DNA of 64,000 bases from Candidatus Poribacteria bacterium (lineage in GTDB: Bacteria; Poribacteria; WGA-4E; WGA-3G): positions 416,001-480,000 of the forward strand of contig CAXXUA010000015.1 in the NCBI GenBank assembly GCA_963663765.2. The letters run 5' to 3'. Below are positions 39,418 to 49,400 of the stretch, piece after piece. The position numbers and the translations under genes are program-made. Within the stretch, counting starts at the first letter, position 1, and the number at the start of each line of letters is the position of its first letter. The notes beneath the pieces are model-generated. The model was not told the DNA's origin. It saw only the letters and a program-made list of their open reading frames with translations, and did not search any database.

Positions 39418-39882
39418 CTAACCTTTAGACAAAAACCCAAATCGTCTCTGTTGTGCCGGTTTCTTTGATTGTGCTTCGTTTGGTTTCGTTTCTGTTGGAA
39501 TAGCGAATTGGATGAAGTTCCGTTTACCGAGTTGCTGGATAAAGGTAAAGAGTGATGTTTCTGCTTCTTTACGTGTTAGTTGATGTTTTTTTTGTAGTGC
39601 CTTAATAATCTGTGAAATCGTGTGGTTTCCATCACACATCTCCCATACAAAAGAACCGATTCTATCCAGTACGACAACCCGTTTATCTGGAAGCATAAAG
39701 ATTTTACTCATCAATCTCACCCAAAGTGTTTCTTTCTGAGGAATAACAAGTGATGCTTCCCCTTTGTCATCTAATTCCCAAGTAATCAGCTTATTGCGCA
39801 GCGGGAATGCTTTGAGGACCTTTCCCCTATCTACATCGGGTCGTTTTTTTAGTTTTAGGTTGTAAAGAACTTTGTTGAGCAT
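39418..39882 (-). CDS. PqqD family / RiPP-recognition-element protein
   Basis: VVLDRIGSFVWEMCDGNHTISQII..L..K..L...EAETSL..FIQQL.KR.FI is the PqqD winged-helix pattern. Confidence 0.85.
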   Translation of the reverse strand: MLNKVLYNLKLKKRPDVDRGKVLKAFPLRNKLITWELDDKGEASLVIPQKETLWVRLMSKIFMLPDKRVVVLDRIGSFVWEMCDGNHTISQIIKALQKKHQLTRKEAETSLFTFIQQLGKRNFIQFAIPTETKPNEAQSKKPAQQRRFGFLSKG

Positions 39883-39914
39883 TTCTTATATACTTATCAA
39901 AGTAAAGTCTGATG

Positions 39915-40208
39915 TTATAAAAAATCAAACTCTTCAATCGTTTCTGCAGTAGCTGCTTTTTCAATGAGTAAATCAAGATCAGTGATTCTATGAATAGAAG
40001 CGACTTTCTGAGAAAAGTCATCTGGTATATTTTCAAATCGTATATTCAATAGTTTTAGGACGACTTCCTGTTTTGCCTGGGTTTCGCCTTGTTCTAAGCC
40101 TTGTTCTAAGCCTTGTTCTATGCCACGTTCTAAGCCTTGTTCTAAGCCTTGTTCTAAGCCTTGTTCTATGCCACGTTCTTCAAGTATGTTTGCCATAGAT
40201 TTTGCCAT
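39915..40208 (-). CDS. Small Rpn C-terminal-module protein, copy 2 (97 aa)
   Basis: Near-identical duplicate of 40234-40563 with its own ATG and upstream ttggaag; seven xE(Q/R)G repeats. Confidence 0.7.
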   Translation of the reverse strand: MAKSMANILEERGIEQGLEQGLEQGLERGIEQGLEQGLEQGETQAKQEVVLKLLNIRFENIPDDFSQKVASIHRITDLDLLIEKAATAETIEEFDFL

Positions 40209-40233
40209 GATTCTACTTCCAATAATATAGGGG

Positions 40234-40563
40234 TTAATCAATATTGTTTTGTAAATCAATTTCTTCAATCGTTTCTGCAGTAGCTGCTTTTTCAATGAGT
40301 AAATCAAGATCAGTGATTCTATGAATAGAAGCGACTTTCTGAGAAAAGTCATCTGGTATATTTTCAAATCGTATATTCAATAGTTTTAGGACGACTTCCT
40401 GTTTTGCCTGGGTTTCGCCTTGTTCTAAGCCTTGTTCTAAGCCTTGTTCTAAGCCTTGTTCTAAGCCTTGTTCTAAGCCTTGTTCTAAGCCTTGTTCTAA
40501 GCCTTGTTCTAAGCCTTGTTCTATGCCACGTTCTTCAAGTATGTCTGCCATAGATTTTGCCAT
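40234..40563 (-). CDS. Small Rpn C-terminal-module protein, copy 1 (109 aa; the original 3' end of the Rpn gene)
   Basis: GGAGG-taaaaacc-ATG; nine xEQG repeats, then LL..RF..IP...I..L.LL helical tail; in frame with 42918 once the IS is removed. Confidence 0.75.
   Translation of the reverse strand: MAKSMADILEERGIEQGLEQGLEQGLEQGLEQGLEQGLEQGLEQGLEQGETQAKQEVVLKLLNIRFENIPDDFSQKVASIHRITDLDLLIEKAATAETIEEIDLQNNID
40417..40525. repeat. 12-bp coding tandem repeat (gccttgttctaa)n encoding LEQG
   Basis: Directly visible; a second array lies at about 40086-40170. Confidence 0.95.
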
Positions 40564-40582
40564 GGTTTTTACCTCCAATTTA

Positions 40583-42115
40583 CTATAGTTTGGACAGTTT
40601 TAAGATTTTTAGTGACAAAAAGTAGAAAAGAGATTATCCTTCAAAACAAATACATTCTTTGAAAGGATATAACAATGAAACCTCTTTCCCACTTAGAGAC
40701 AATGTTATCAGAATATCAGTCGGTTTTCAAGTATAATAGTAACTTCAACCATTTTCAAACATTCGTCCAAGGTTTGATCTCTACCCCTTATCGTGGAACG
40801 ATGACACAGATATATCAATCAACAAAACCAACATCCACCTATTGGACTTTACCGAAGTTTCTATCCCGTAGCCAATGGTGTATTGATGAACTTGCATCCG
40901 TTCTGACCCAACAAGTTCAAAAAGTTTACAGCAAGGGTGTTTATGTTTATGATGAAACCAAGTCTACTAACGAGGGTCGTCATCAATATGGCACACATTT
41001 TTTCAGAAACACTCGGTATAACAAACGCAACAAAAATCAATCCAAGTTCCATTACGGCCACCAGTTTGGTGCGATCGGATGGCTCTGTGAAACACCAGAT
41101 GGCACGCGCCTGTTTCCATTGGCAGCCAGGGTGATGTGTCCGAGAAAAGAACAAGATAATAGCCTACAAGTGCTTGCGTCTATCTGTGCCAATGTGCCGC
41201 CAGGGTTGATCATATTTGATAGAGGTTTTAATAGGCGTAAAGTGTTTGCAGAGATCCTTTCACAAGGACATCATTTACTCTGTCGTGCAAAGTCTAATGC
41301 TGTGTTCTATTATATCCCCAAAGAAAAGAAACGAAAGGGACCCGGCAGAACGCGTATTTATGGGGATCGTGTGCATAAACCCTATCTAAAATATAGAGAT
41401 TTCGTCGTGGATAATGAAACATATTCTGTCACTGACAAAGTTGTGCGAACAAAGATGTGTCCACAACCCGTAAGGCTTGTTGTGATACGCAAAAAGCCAA
41501 ATCCATCTAAACCGTATAAGTATTTTTGTATGTTTACCTCTGATTTACAACTCTCCGTTGCCGAAGTAATCACACACTATAGAAATAGATGGCAGATTGA
41601 AACGGCGTTCCGGGATGTCAAACAGGAGTTTGGATTTGATACATATCAGGTCCGAAATCGTGTGAGTTTGAACCGACACGTGCAAATCAGTTTTGTGGCA
41701 GCAAGTCTCACACAACTCTGTTGGACAGATACACCGACTGATACAACATCAAACATATCATCGGATACTGAAGAAAATGATGTTCCTGATTTAGACGCTG
41801 TGCTACAAACGCTCGGTATCCATTGGTATAAACCGAAATATCTAACACGTGGATTAATGGTCGCTTATTTACGCTTCTGTTTCCAGCAAAAATATTTTTC
41901 TGCGAGTAACGATCAAAAACAAAACTCAAAGAAAAGTCTAAAAATAGTGGAAGATACGACATGAACTTAGCAGATTTTTGTATTTTTGCGATTTTTTTCA
42001 AAAATATAGTCTAAAATGCTGTGATTTCAAACAGAAAATGAGTAAAAAAAGTGTTTACACAACAATTTTTTTCGCTGTTGAAAGTCCTGACAGGTTTAAA
42101 CTGTCCAAACTATAG
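40583..42115 (+). mobile_element. Intact insertion sequence, IS4 superfamily (IS4/IS701-like), 1533 bp
   Basis: 18-bp perfect TIR ctatagtttggacagttt; 9-bp TSD tccaattta at 40574-40582 and 42116-42124. Confidence 0.95.
40675..41964 (+). CDS. DDE transposase
   Basis: YDET, FDRGF and the YREK signature YRNRWQIETAFRDVK. Confidence 0.93.
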   Translation: MKPLSHLETMLSEYQSVFKYNSNFNHFQTFVQGLISTPYRGTMTQIYQSTKPTSTYWTLPKFLSRSQWCIDELASVLTQQVQKVYSKGVYVYDETKSTNEGRHQYGTHFFRNTRYNKRNKNQSKFHYGHQFGAIGWLCETPDGTRLFPLAARVMCPRKEQDNSLQVLASICANVPPGLIIFDRGFNRRKVFAEILSQGHHLLCRAKSNAVFYYIPKEKKRKGPGRTRIYGDRVHKPYLKYRDFVVDNETYSVTDKVVRTKMCPQPVRLVVIRKKPNPSKPYKYFCMFTSDLQLSVAEVITHYRNRWQIETAFRDVKQEFGFDTYQVRNRVSLNRHVQISFVAASLTQLCWTDTPTDTTSNISSDTEENDVPDLDAVLQTLGIHWYKPKYLTRGLMVAYLRFCFQQKYFSASNDQKQNSKKSLKIVEDTT

Positions 42116-42918
42116 TCCAATTTAGGTACTTCTTGATCGATAAGTTTAATCAATTCCTCATGTTCATCTGCGGAACGTCTATGTAGTATCAACAGCAGAA
42201 AATAATTTATTGCTAACTGAAGTTGAACACCTTGTTCTTTATCAAGGTTGATAATGTTGGATATTGCATCAATTATTACTCTACTAATAGTTTCTTTATC
42301 AGATTGTTCTTTTTGAAGAACAGTGAGTAACCATCCAAAAGGATGACCCGATTTCGTTAACTCAGTTAAATCGGTTTCTTTTACATTAAGAAATAGGATA
42401 TCAAATTTTGGGATAAAGCCAGATAGTTCTTCTGGAATATCCATTAAAGGTTCAAGTGTAAGTGGATATTTCCAGTTTGAATCACCAGTGTAAAACACAA
42501 TTGGAAGTATTGGACGAAAACGCAATACATTTTTAAGAATATTACTTGATTCCGATTCCCTCCTTTGAAAATCCCATATTTGTGTCATATAGTATAATAC
42601 CCTAAAACCCATTGAGATATCAACTGTTGATTGATGTTCAATGAGGATATAGATGAGAATCTCGTCAGTTCCCAATTCTCGTTTAAAAGGGACACTTAAA
42701 ACAATATCTGCTTCCTGTTCTCTTAAGGTATCGGGGATAAAACTCCGGTTAATCTGTGTAAGTTGGTTAAAATCAATGTGATCTACCAACTCACGGGCGA
42801 TGATTTCCAACAATCCTCTAACGTTTTCCTTATCTTGAAGCAACCATCTGGCACTCCTGTCAGGGAAGTGTCCAATCTTGATGTCAAAAAACTTGAGTGT
42901 TTGTGTATTTAATGTCAT
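42116..42918 (-). pseudogene. Rpn/YhgA-like PD-(D/E)XK nuclease, N-terminal part (IS-interrupted)
   Basis: HFPDR..RWLL, SFIPDTLREQEADIVL, YILIEHQST, PILPIVFYTG...W; translation reads into the IS end and stops at 42055. Confidence 0.88.
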
Positions 42919-42974
42919 AAACTCTATGATACAATTGAATTTCTAATTATAATTGATACTTCTCCAATATAATC

Positions 42975-43934
42975 CTAATGGCAACGAATACTCTCAGCAA
43001 CTTGCTGCGCGAGTCTATCAGATTCTTCGTTACGTCCGATGGTTTGCACGACATAGATGCGGTTTGAATGAAGACAATGCCATATAATAAAAGTAAGTCG
43101 GACCCGTTTGCGTACTTTATCAAAAGCAAGTACGGGTGAAAATGGTATACTATCGTACATCCGTGTCTGCTGTCCAAGAAAGTATATTCGTCTATCTTCG
43201 TTTTCTTCATTCTGTTTGACATCAAATCCGTATCCACGAATTGCTTTAGCATATCGAGAGCGAAACCAAGTTTCAAGTTGATTTGGTTCTGAATTATAGT
43301 CATTTAATAGTACTTCAGCAGGACCAAAACGTTCGACACTTATTTTTTTAGTTTTACCTCTTGTGAATGCGAACAACAGGTAACCACTGAGCAGTTTCTG
43401 CTTTTCCAACTTGTAGTTGTTCGGAACAGCAAGTCTAAGACCGTATGCACTCCAGAAAGTTTGGTTCTTCTCACCTTGTTCGGATATAGATTGAAAGATG
43501 CGATGGACAGTGGGACGCCAATTCTCTTTGATTCGTCCCATAACTTGTACGATGGTGATCCGTTTTGTAGTAGGATTATGGAAGATAATACCGTTTGCAC
43601 GTATACCGCCTTTCCAACTAAAACCCAAGACGGTGTTTCCCTCTAAGAAATCTTCATCTTTGACATGTTCTACGTTTCTACGAAATGAGACGTTGCCTCC
43701 ACGTTTATAATTCTTACGGACTAATTTGAAATATTCGTCAAGGGTTTTATGAAGGTCAGGTTTCTTTTTTTTTGCTTTTGCCCATTTGAGTTCTAATCTT
43801 GGCATATCAGCATCATCTAACCGTAGATAACCGTTCTTTTCATCTCCACTGATGCCACTGATTTCCCACGTCTTAGGAATTTCTAATTGAATACCTGCCC
43901 AACCAAATTGAGTCCAATCCATATTTCTTTCCAC
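42975..43934 (-). CDS. Hypothetical cytoplasmic protein of the FtsX/OPT/PqqD cluster
   Basis: 319-aa ORF directly behind the OPT-like gene; two WxGxxLxxPxxW/Y-like repeats (GWAGIQLEIPKTW; SAYGLRLAVPNNY). Confidence 0.75.
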   Translation of the reverse strand: MERNMDWTQFGWAGIQLEIPKTWEISGISGDEKNGYLRLDDADMPRLELKWAKAKKKKPDLHKTLDEYFKLVRKNYKRGGNVSFRRNVEHVKDEDFLEGNTVLGFSWKGGIRANGIIFHNPTTKRITIVQVMGRIKENWRPTVHRIFQSISEQGEKNQTFWSAYGLRLAVPNNYKLEKQKLLSGYLLFAFTRGKTKKISVERFGPAEVLLNDYNSEPNQLETWFRSRYAKAIRGYGFDVKQNEENEDRRIYFLGQQTRMYDSIPFSPVLAFDKVRKRVRLTFIIWHCLHSNRIYVVQTIGRNEESDRLAQQVAESIRCH

Positions 43935-43950
43935 CCATGAATCACTCCAT

Positions 43951-45939
43951 CTAAAACGGTTTTACGATGACAGCTTTTGAGACCAGGGCAATTGCGACGG
44001 TACCCATCCCTATCAAACCTACACCGCAAGCAAAACCCGCCGCCAATACAGGATTGAACATAAACCATCTTTTCAGTCCGAACCGCTTAATCATGTAGAA
44101 TCTACCGATGATAGCACCGAGTAATCTTGCGACCATACTACCAGGATCATCTCCAATTCCCCCGATGATACCGTAAAACCACATTGATGGGAACTTAAAT
44201 ACCCATAGTAATCCGTAAATCGCAAGGCTTGATGTAAATCCAGCCGCGACATAATCACCGCGTATGGCTTGTAACATTTCACTATTCCCATCTCGTAATG
44301 ATGTCTTCATCAGACATTCATTTGTAGCATTAATCGGCCACATCATCTGGACAAATGGATATTGTGCACTTGGAATTGGCGCGATTTTCCAGATAAAGTG
44401 CTGTACTACAATGCCACTCACAATCAATATAGGCATAATGAGCAGCGTAGCAGCAAGGTTTGATGTAAATGTTGTTCCTGTAAGTTCAAGTACGCGCCAA
44501 CCTTGTGTACCTTGTCCGTAATCTTCGTCTGGCATCGGTGCAAACCAGATATCAATTTCTTCATACCGACTCAGTATAAACGTAATTTCATGTAAGTATG
44601 GTATTTCGAATAGGTCTCGTCCGAGTACACCAAATGTCCTTGCTGTAATGTATGAGTTTATCGGGGTATATAAGAATGCAAAACCCAAAAGGAAACTGAG
44701 TGGGAAGTTTGGTACCATCCAATGAATGAGCCATACAAATGCACCCATACCGATAAGCCAGAGTAGGCCCATAAGCCAAAGCGGAAAATCACCTCTGTTA
44801 GGAGGTGTAGCGAGTGAACCACGTTCACCGGCTTTCTTCTGTGTGTTACGAAGTTTGAAAATCATTGGTATAGAAGCTGCCATACCGACGAGACCAAGAC
44901 TAAACGTCTTACCCATACCATAACTACGCCAGAAATCAAGTCCGTTAAACAAACCAGTCGCGCGCACATCAAGTCCTGGATGCCATTGATGTAAAATCTC
45001 ATATTTATAGAGTATATGTGGGTTCAAAACAAATTGCGAAAGCATCGCGGTCACAAACTCAGACATCACGACGGGGAAGGGTAGGACGAATCCGAATAAC
45101 ATCTGTCCGAAATCTGTTCTAAGCGCGAAGACACCCGTAGGTGCAAAACCTTCAATGCTTTGTGTAAAGTCTATCCACGGAATTTTCAGTATCTGTATGG
45201 GTTGACTCATCATCACACCGCTGAGTGCTGGTACGCCGATATATATGAATCCCCATATTAAACCTGCCATTGAACCGATTGAGAAGACCTGCCATCGCCA
45301 TGTTTCTTGTTTACCGGTTGTTTCAGCCAATGCAGTTGCGCCCTGTGCTGTTATCGGTGCCATAGGATATGGCAACCGTTCAAGGTCAGCAGTAAGTCTA
45401 AACAGTATATATTGTCCACTGACAAAACGTAATGTGCCAAGGAATTTTGTTACGAGATAAATTCCAATAGGTAGAAACCAATCAGGATGCAGAAGACTTC
45501 TCTCAGCAATAGCTACAGATTCACCTGAGGGTACAACCCATGCGGGTATTTTATCAGCAATTTCATAGGATATAGCTTGTTGCGTGTTGACAAAATATGC
45601 ATACCAGATAAAACTACGGTATTGCATTCCACTACCGACTGCTGCCCCAGTGAGACTGAGCAACATATAGAGTTCCTGCCGACGTGCGGTTGTGAAGGAT
45701 CGTCTGGCTAATTCAGTGAAAAGGATCACAGCAACCCAAGGTGCAGCAGCAGCCCCAGATTGCCCAGAAACATAGCTTAGATATATGGAACCGGGCATCA
45801 TCAATAATCCAACAAAGAGTGCGCCGAAAAACACTTTGACGGTAAGTCCTGATTCAAAGGTTCTTACGCCACCTTCTATGTCATAGCGTTGTGCCCAAGT
45901 TTGCCATTCATCTGCTTGTGAGATTCTCTCTCGCGCCAA
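43951..45939 (-). CDS. OPT-superfamily-like integral membrane transporter
   Basis: Many TM segments; ERLPYPMAPI motif reminiscent of the OPT family; IPSAQYP; AAGGAG RBS with a TTG start. Confidence 0.7.
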   Translation of the reverse strand: MARERISQADEWQTWAQRYDIEGGVRTFESGLTVKVFFGALFVGLLMMPGSIYLSYVSGQSGAAAAPWVAVILFTELARRSFTTARRQELYMLLSLTGAAVGSGMQYRSFIWYAYFVNTQQAISYEIADKIPAWVVPSGESVAIAERSLLHPDWFLPIGIYLVTKFLGTLRFVSGQYILFRLTADLERLPYPMAPITAQGATALAETTGKQETWRWQVFSIGSMAGLIWGFIYIGVPALSGVMMSQPIQILKIPWIDFTQSIEGFAPTGVFALRTDFGQMLFGFVLPFPVVMSEFVTAMLSQFVLNPHILYKYEILHQWHPGLDVRATGLFNGLDFWRSYGMGKTFSLGLVGMAASIPMIFKLRNTQKKAGERGSLATPPNRGDFPLWLMGLLWLIGMGAFVWLIHWMVPNFPLSFLLGFAFLYTPINSYITARTFGVLGRDLFEIPYLHEITFILSRYEEIDIWFAPMPDEDYGQGTQGWRVLELTGTTFTSNLAATLLIMPILIVSGIVVQHFIWKIAPIPSAQYPFVQMMWPINATNECLMKTSLRDGNSEMLQAIRGDYVAAGFTSSLAIYGLLWVFKFPSMWFYGIIGGIGDDPGSMVARLLGAIIGRFYMIKRFGLKRWFMFNPVLAAGFACGVGLIGMGTVAIALVSKAVIVKPF

Positions 45940-46006
45940 TTTAAAATTACTCCTTTGTATTGGCTATCGGTTCTCAGCATTTTGTAAGCACGCTGGAAAC
46001 CTTTAC

Positions 46007-46257
46007 AGGACTTACGCACCCAACGGTAGGCGGGGAATGCCTAAAGAAGCATGCGCCTATGGCATGCTCCATGATTCATACCCGGGGAATGCCAAAAGGC
46101 ATTCATACCCGGGGAATGCCTAAATGGCATTCATACCGTTGATTTCTTGATTTCTTGATTTGGTGCTTTGTAAGCGCGCCGGAAACCTAAAATATGCTGA
46201 TAATTACATCATTTTCAACATAATTCTTGATTAAATCAAGAAAACTGTGTAAGTCCT
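46007..46257. mobile_element. MITE (AGGACTTACGCA family)
   Basis: TIRs aggacttacgca / tgtgtaagtcct; three GAATGCC-hairpin units inside. Confidence 0.8.
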
Positions 46258-46262
46258 ATTGA

Positions 46263-46454
46263 TCAATTATCGTCTTTTGGTGTTTTCTTGTCTTTTCCTT
46301 CGCTGAGTTCTTCCCAAAAATGTGCAGAGAAGATTCCTATTGTTAAGATGAGTGCTGCGAACATCTGCCATTGCCAACGTCCCCCTAAGAACAGGATACT
46401 GATAAACCATAAGATTGTACCGATGACAATTATTACGCTTGCTAACCTTTCCAT
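46263..46454 (-). CDS. Small two-TM membrane protein (63 aa)
   Basis: Two hydrophobic helices and a charged tail; AAGGA RBS; starts 37 bp after the stop of the giant gene. Confidence 0.65.
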   Translation of the reverse strand: MERLASVIIVIGTILWFISILFLGGRWQWQMFAALILTIGIFSAHFWEELSEGKDKKTPKDDN

Positions 46455-46491
46455 AATTATTTGTTCCTTAATTAGAGAATTTTGGAGAATA

Positions 46492-49400
46492 CTAATCCGC
46501 GGTAGTCAAGACAGGTTCTAATCGTGCGGTTTCTTCAACAGTATCACTGCTTTCATTTCTACCGCGTTCATGGAATTCTGATCGGATATCAACACTGAAT
46601 GTCCGCCATATCAGTAATTGTTTACGCAACAAATTCAGGAAACGCCGATTGACACGTTTCCATGATGCGATCTCACCACTTTCACGGTTTACCTCTAAAG
46701 TGATTTTGAATAGATCTTCCTCTTCTCCACCGACAGGTGAAGTGACAAATTGAATAGATTGACTCACACCTAAATCGTAAGGAGCTAACCATACCATCAT
46801 ACCAATCTGATATGAATCGTCACCAGTAGAACTAAATGCTACATTGTCGGTATAGAAATCGCTTGCAGACTCATCTGCGTGTGCATCAAAGTAGTCACGC
46901 ATAAAGACGTTCAAACCGAGTGCTTCTTCAGCTAAAACGGTAAACGGTAGATTGAAATGCCACACATCCCCCTCAGGTTCAGGTAATTTCCATTTACGTT
47001 CAATATCTGGTACAGCCATACGTGATGCTTTTATTGCAGGATATAACGTGCTGAGGAGCACTACAATCATTACAATCACTGTAGCGATAACAGTAGACAT
47101 AGATGAGTAATTAAGTGTTAAACCTGCAAGTAGTCCGAAATGCACCAATGTTGTCGCGATGACCTGTCCCATCAGATACCCAAGAACTGCCCCTACTATT
47201 GCATACACACACGCTTCGGCAAGGAAGAGGAAGGCGATATGTGTAGGTGCAAGACCGACAGAACTGTAGATTCCTATCTCGCGCACTCGTTCATACACTG
47301 CACCTAACATGGTATTCAAGACAATCAAGGCAGCAATGAGAATTGGCACAAACAGGTTACCCATTCCACTAAAACTTGTCATACCGATACTGCTGTAAAG
47401 ATAGGTGTCTTTGTCGCGTCCCACGAAGAAATCAAGTGCAATACGGTTCATCAAAGGTGCCATGATGAGATCAAGTTTATCAATTGCACCGATAAGTTCT
47501 GGATCATCCTCTCGTGGTTCCATATTAACTGCCACACTTCGTAGCGTTCCGCCTTGGTTCATCACGACTTCATAGGGTAAAATTGCAATGCTATCCGGTG
47601 TGAGGTGTAGGTATTTCTGAAGTTCTCCTTCAAGTGTTTCATCACCTGTACCACCTCGACTACGTTGTTGTTGCATCAATTGGTAGTCAACAGGAGTCAA
47701 TTCTTCTCCGTCATTATCAGTTAAATCTTTGAACCCTATCCCTAAAACACCAACAACAGTGAAGTCTGCTCCATAAACAGAGATTGTAGCTTTGCCCATA
47801 TCATTTTCTGTTAGTTTCAGGAGATCTGCCATCCCTTTCGGTAGAACAATGGCGTAGGGCCATTCAGTTGGCCAATTCTCCGCATCTTCACGGTTAAACC
47901 ATTTGCCGTATTGTAAATAGCGATCAATACCTGTAACAGAAGGTTCAGTCTCACTCATGCCTACCAGCATGTTCGCTGCAAACTTTAGTGCTTCACCGTT
48001 TAATGGATGTGTTGGTGGTGACGAGTCTTGTGTGTTTGCTGTTCGCGTCAGTTGTACGAAGGATTGGTCGCCAGTCCCAGATGACTGATACCAAGCACGC
48101 GGGGCAACAATATTCTGAACTGTAAGTACTGGTTCCTCATCAACGTTTTCAATATATCCACCTTGCTGCAGTTGTGCAATTGCATTCGGTATATCAACTA
48201 ATGGTTGTCCCTGTTTTCCTCTGAGTAAGTTTTTCTGTTCCAGAAGTTGTTCTAAATCAAGCACAGAAATTTGTGTTTTCTGCATGTCGTTAAGAATGGA
48301 ATTCAGGACAGGTTCTTCAAGTGGTCGCCAATACTGGTCTCGGATGAGTAAGCCTGTGTAACTTGGTGTAACTTGTGGCAAACTTGTTCTGTTGGGACGC
48401 ATAAATGTCCGCACAGACGTAAACGAAATGACTGTGAACGTGAGGATAACCAAAGTTGCACACGTAAGGATAGTTCGACCTTTTCGTTTACGCATATTAG
48501 AAATACCGAGACTAAATGCTGCTGCACTTGCACTGAGTCTACCGACATCAGCTTTGTAGACCTTGTTCCCACGTTGACGAATTTTCTCAAGTTGCTCCTC
48601 AAATTTTCTAACAATGATACTAATTACAATTACCGTCAAAGCAAGAACAACGAAAGCAATCAGTATTATAATCGGCGTGGTCGTAATTTGGAATGCTGGG
48701 TGTACCTGGCTTAAGAAATAAAACACAAGTAAGAATATTCCGAACGTCGCTAAAATCTGTCTATTAATGTTTGTGAAACCAAATATGAGACGTTCCATAA
48801 AGTATGCAAATGGCATCAAAAGAGCGAGATAGAACATAATACCATTAACGACATCATTTCCAGTTTTTTTAACGTCAGGATATGCACGGGATTCATAACC
48901 CCATGCTGCACGCGCTAACTTGAGTGCTTGCTGATAGTCATTCTGATATAGCGCAGTTTCTGCTCTTGTAAGATATTCGTCAGCAAACTTGTGTAGTTTA
49001 TCAAGACGGTCGCTTGAGATGCCGAAACGTTTGTATAGTCTGGATCGGTTTTCATCAAGCCACCACATATCGCGCACCACAACATAAGGTGTGAGACGTA
49101 TGCTTCCATTTTCCCGTACAACAAATCCTTCACCCGTATAAAGCGTTGGGTTTTTCATCCCACTCTTTGTTGCTTTAATCAGCAGCAAACGTTTACCTAT
49201 CTGTCCGTACGCCATTCCGATTTTTATTCTACTTTGAGGTTCGCTGTAGACAAGTGCAATTGGTTCAGCGGCAGAAACACCTTCCTGTTGCCACGGTTTA
49301 GAGACACCGTATTTTTCTGGAGGACTATCGGACAGTGCGTCATATACCTCTAATTCACGTAAGGTGCGCAGGTAACGTTGGTCAACTAAGTCATAGATTG

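Noticed and set aside
40209-40367. Upstream extension of ORF 39915-40367 and ORF 39827-40036
   Set aside because: Alternative-frame read-through of the duplicated module; the real start is ATG 40208.
46030-46140. Tandem 27-28-bp palindromic units as a mini-CRISPR
   Set aside because: The units abut without unique spacers and sit inside a MITE.
38579-46454. Conventional RiPP or PQQ biosynthetic cluster
   Set aside because: No pqqABCE, radical SAM, lasso cyclase or obvious precursor peptide in the window.
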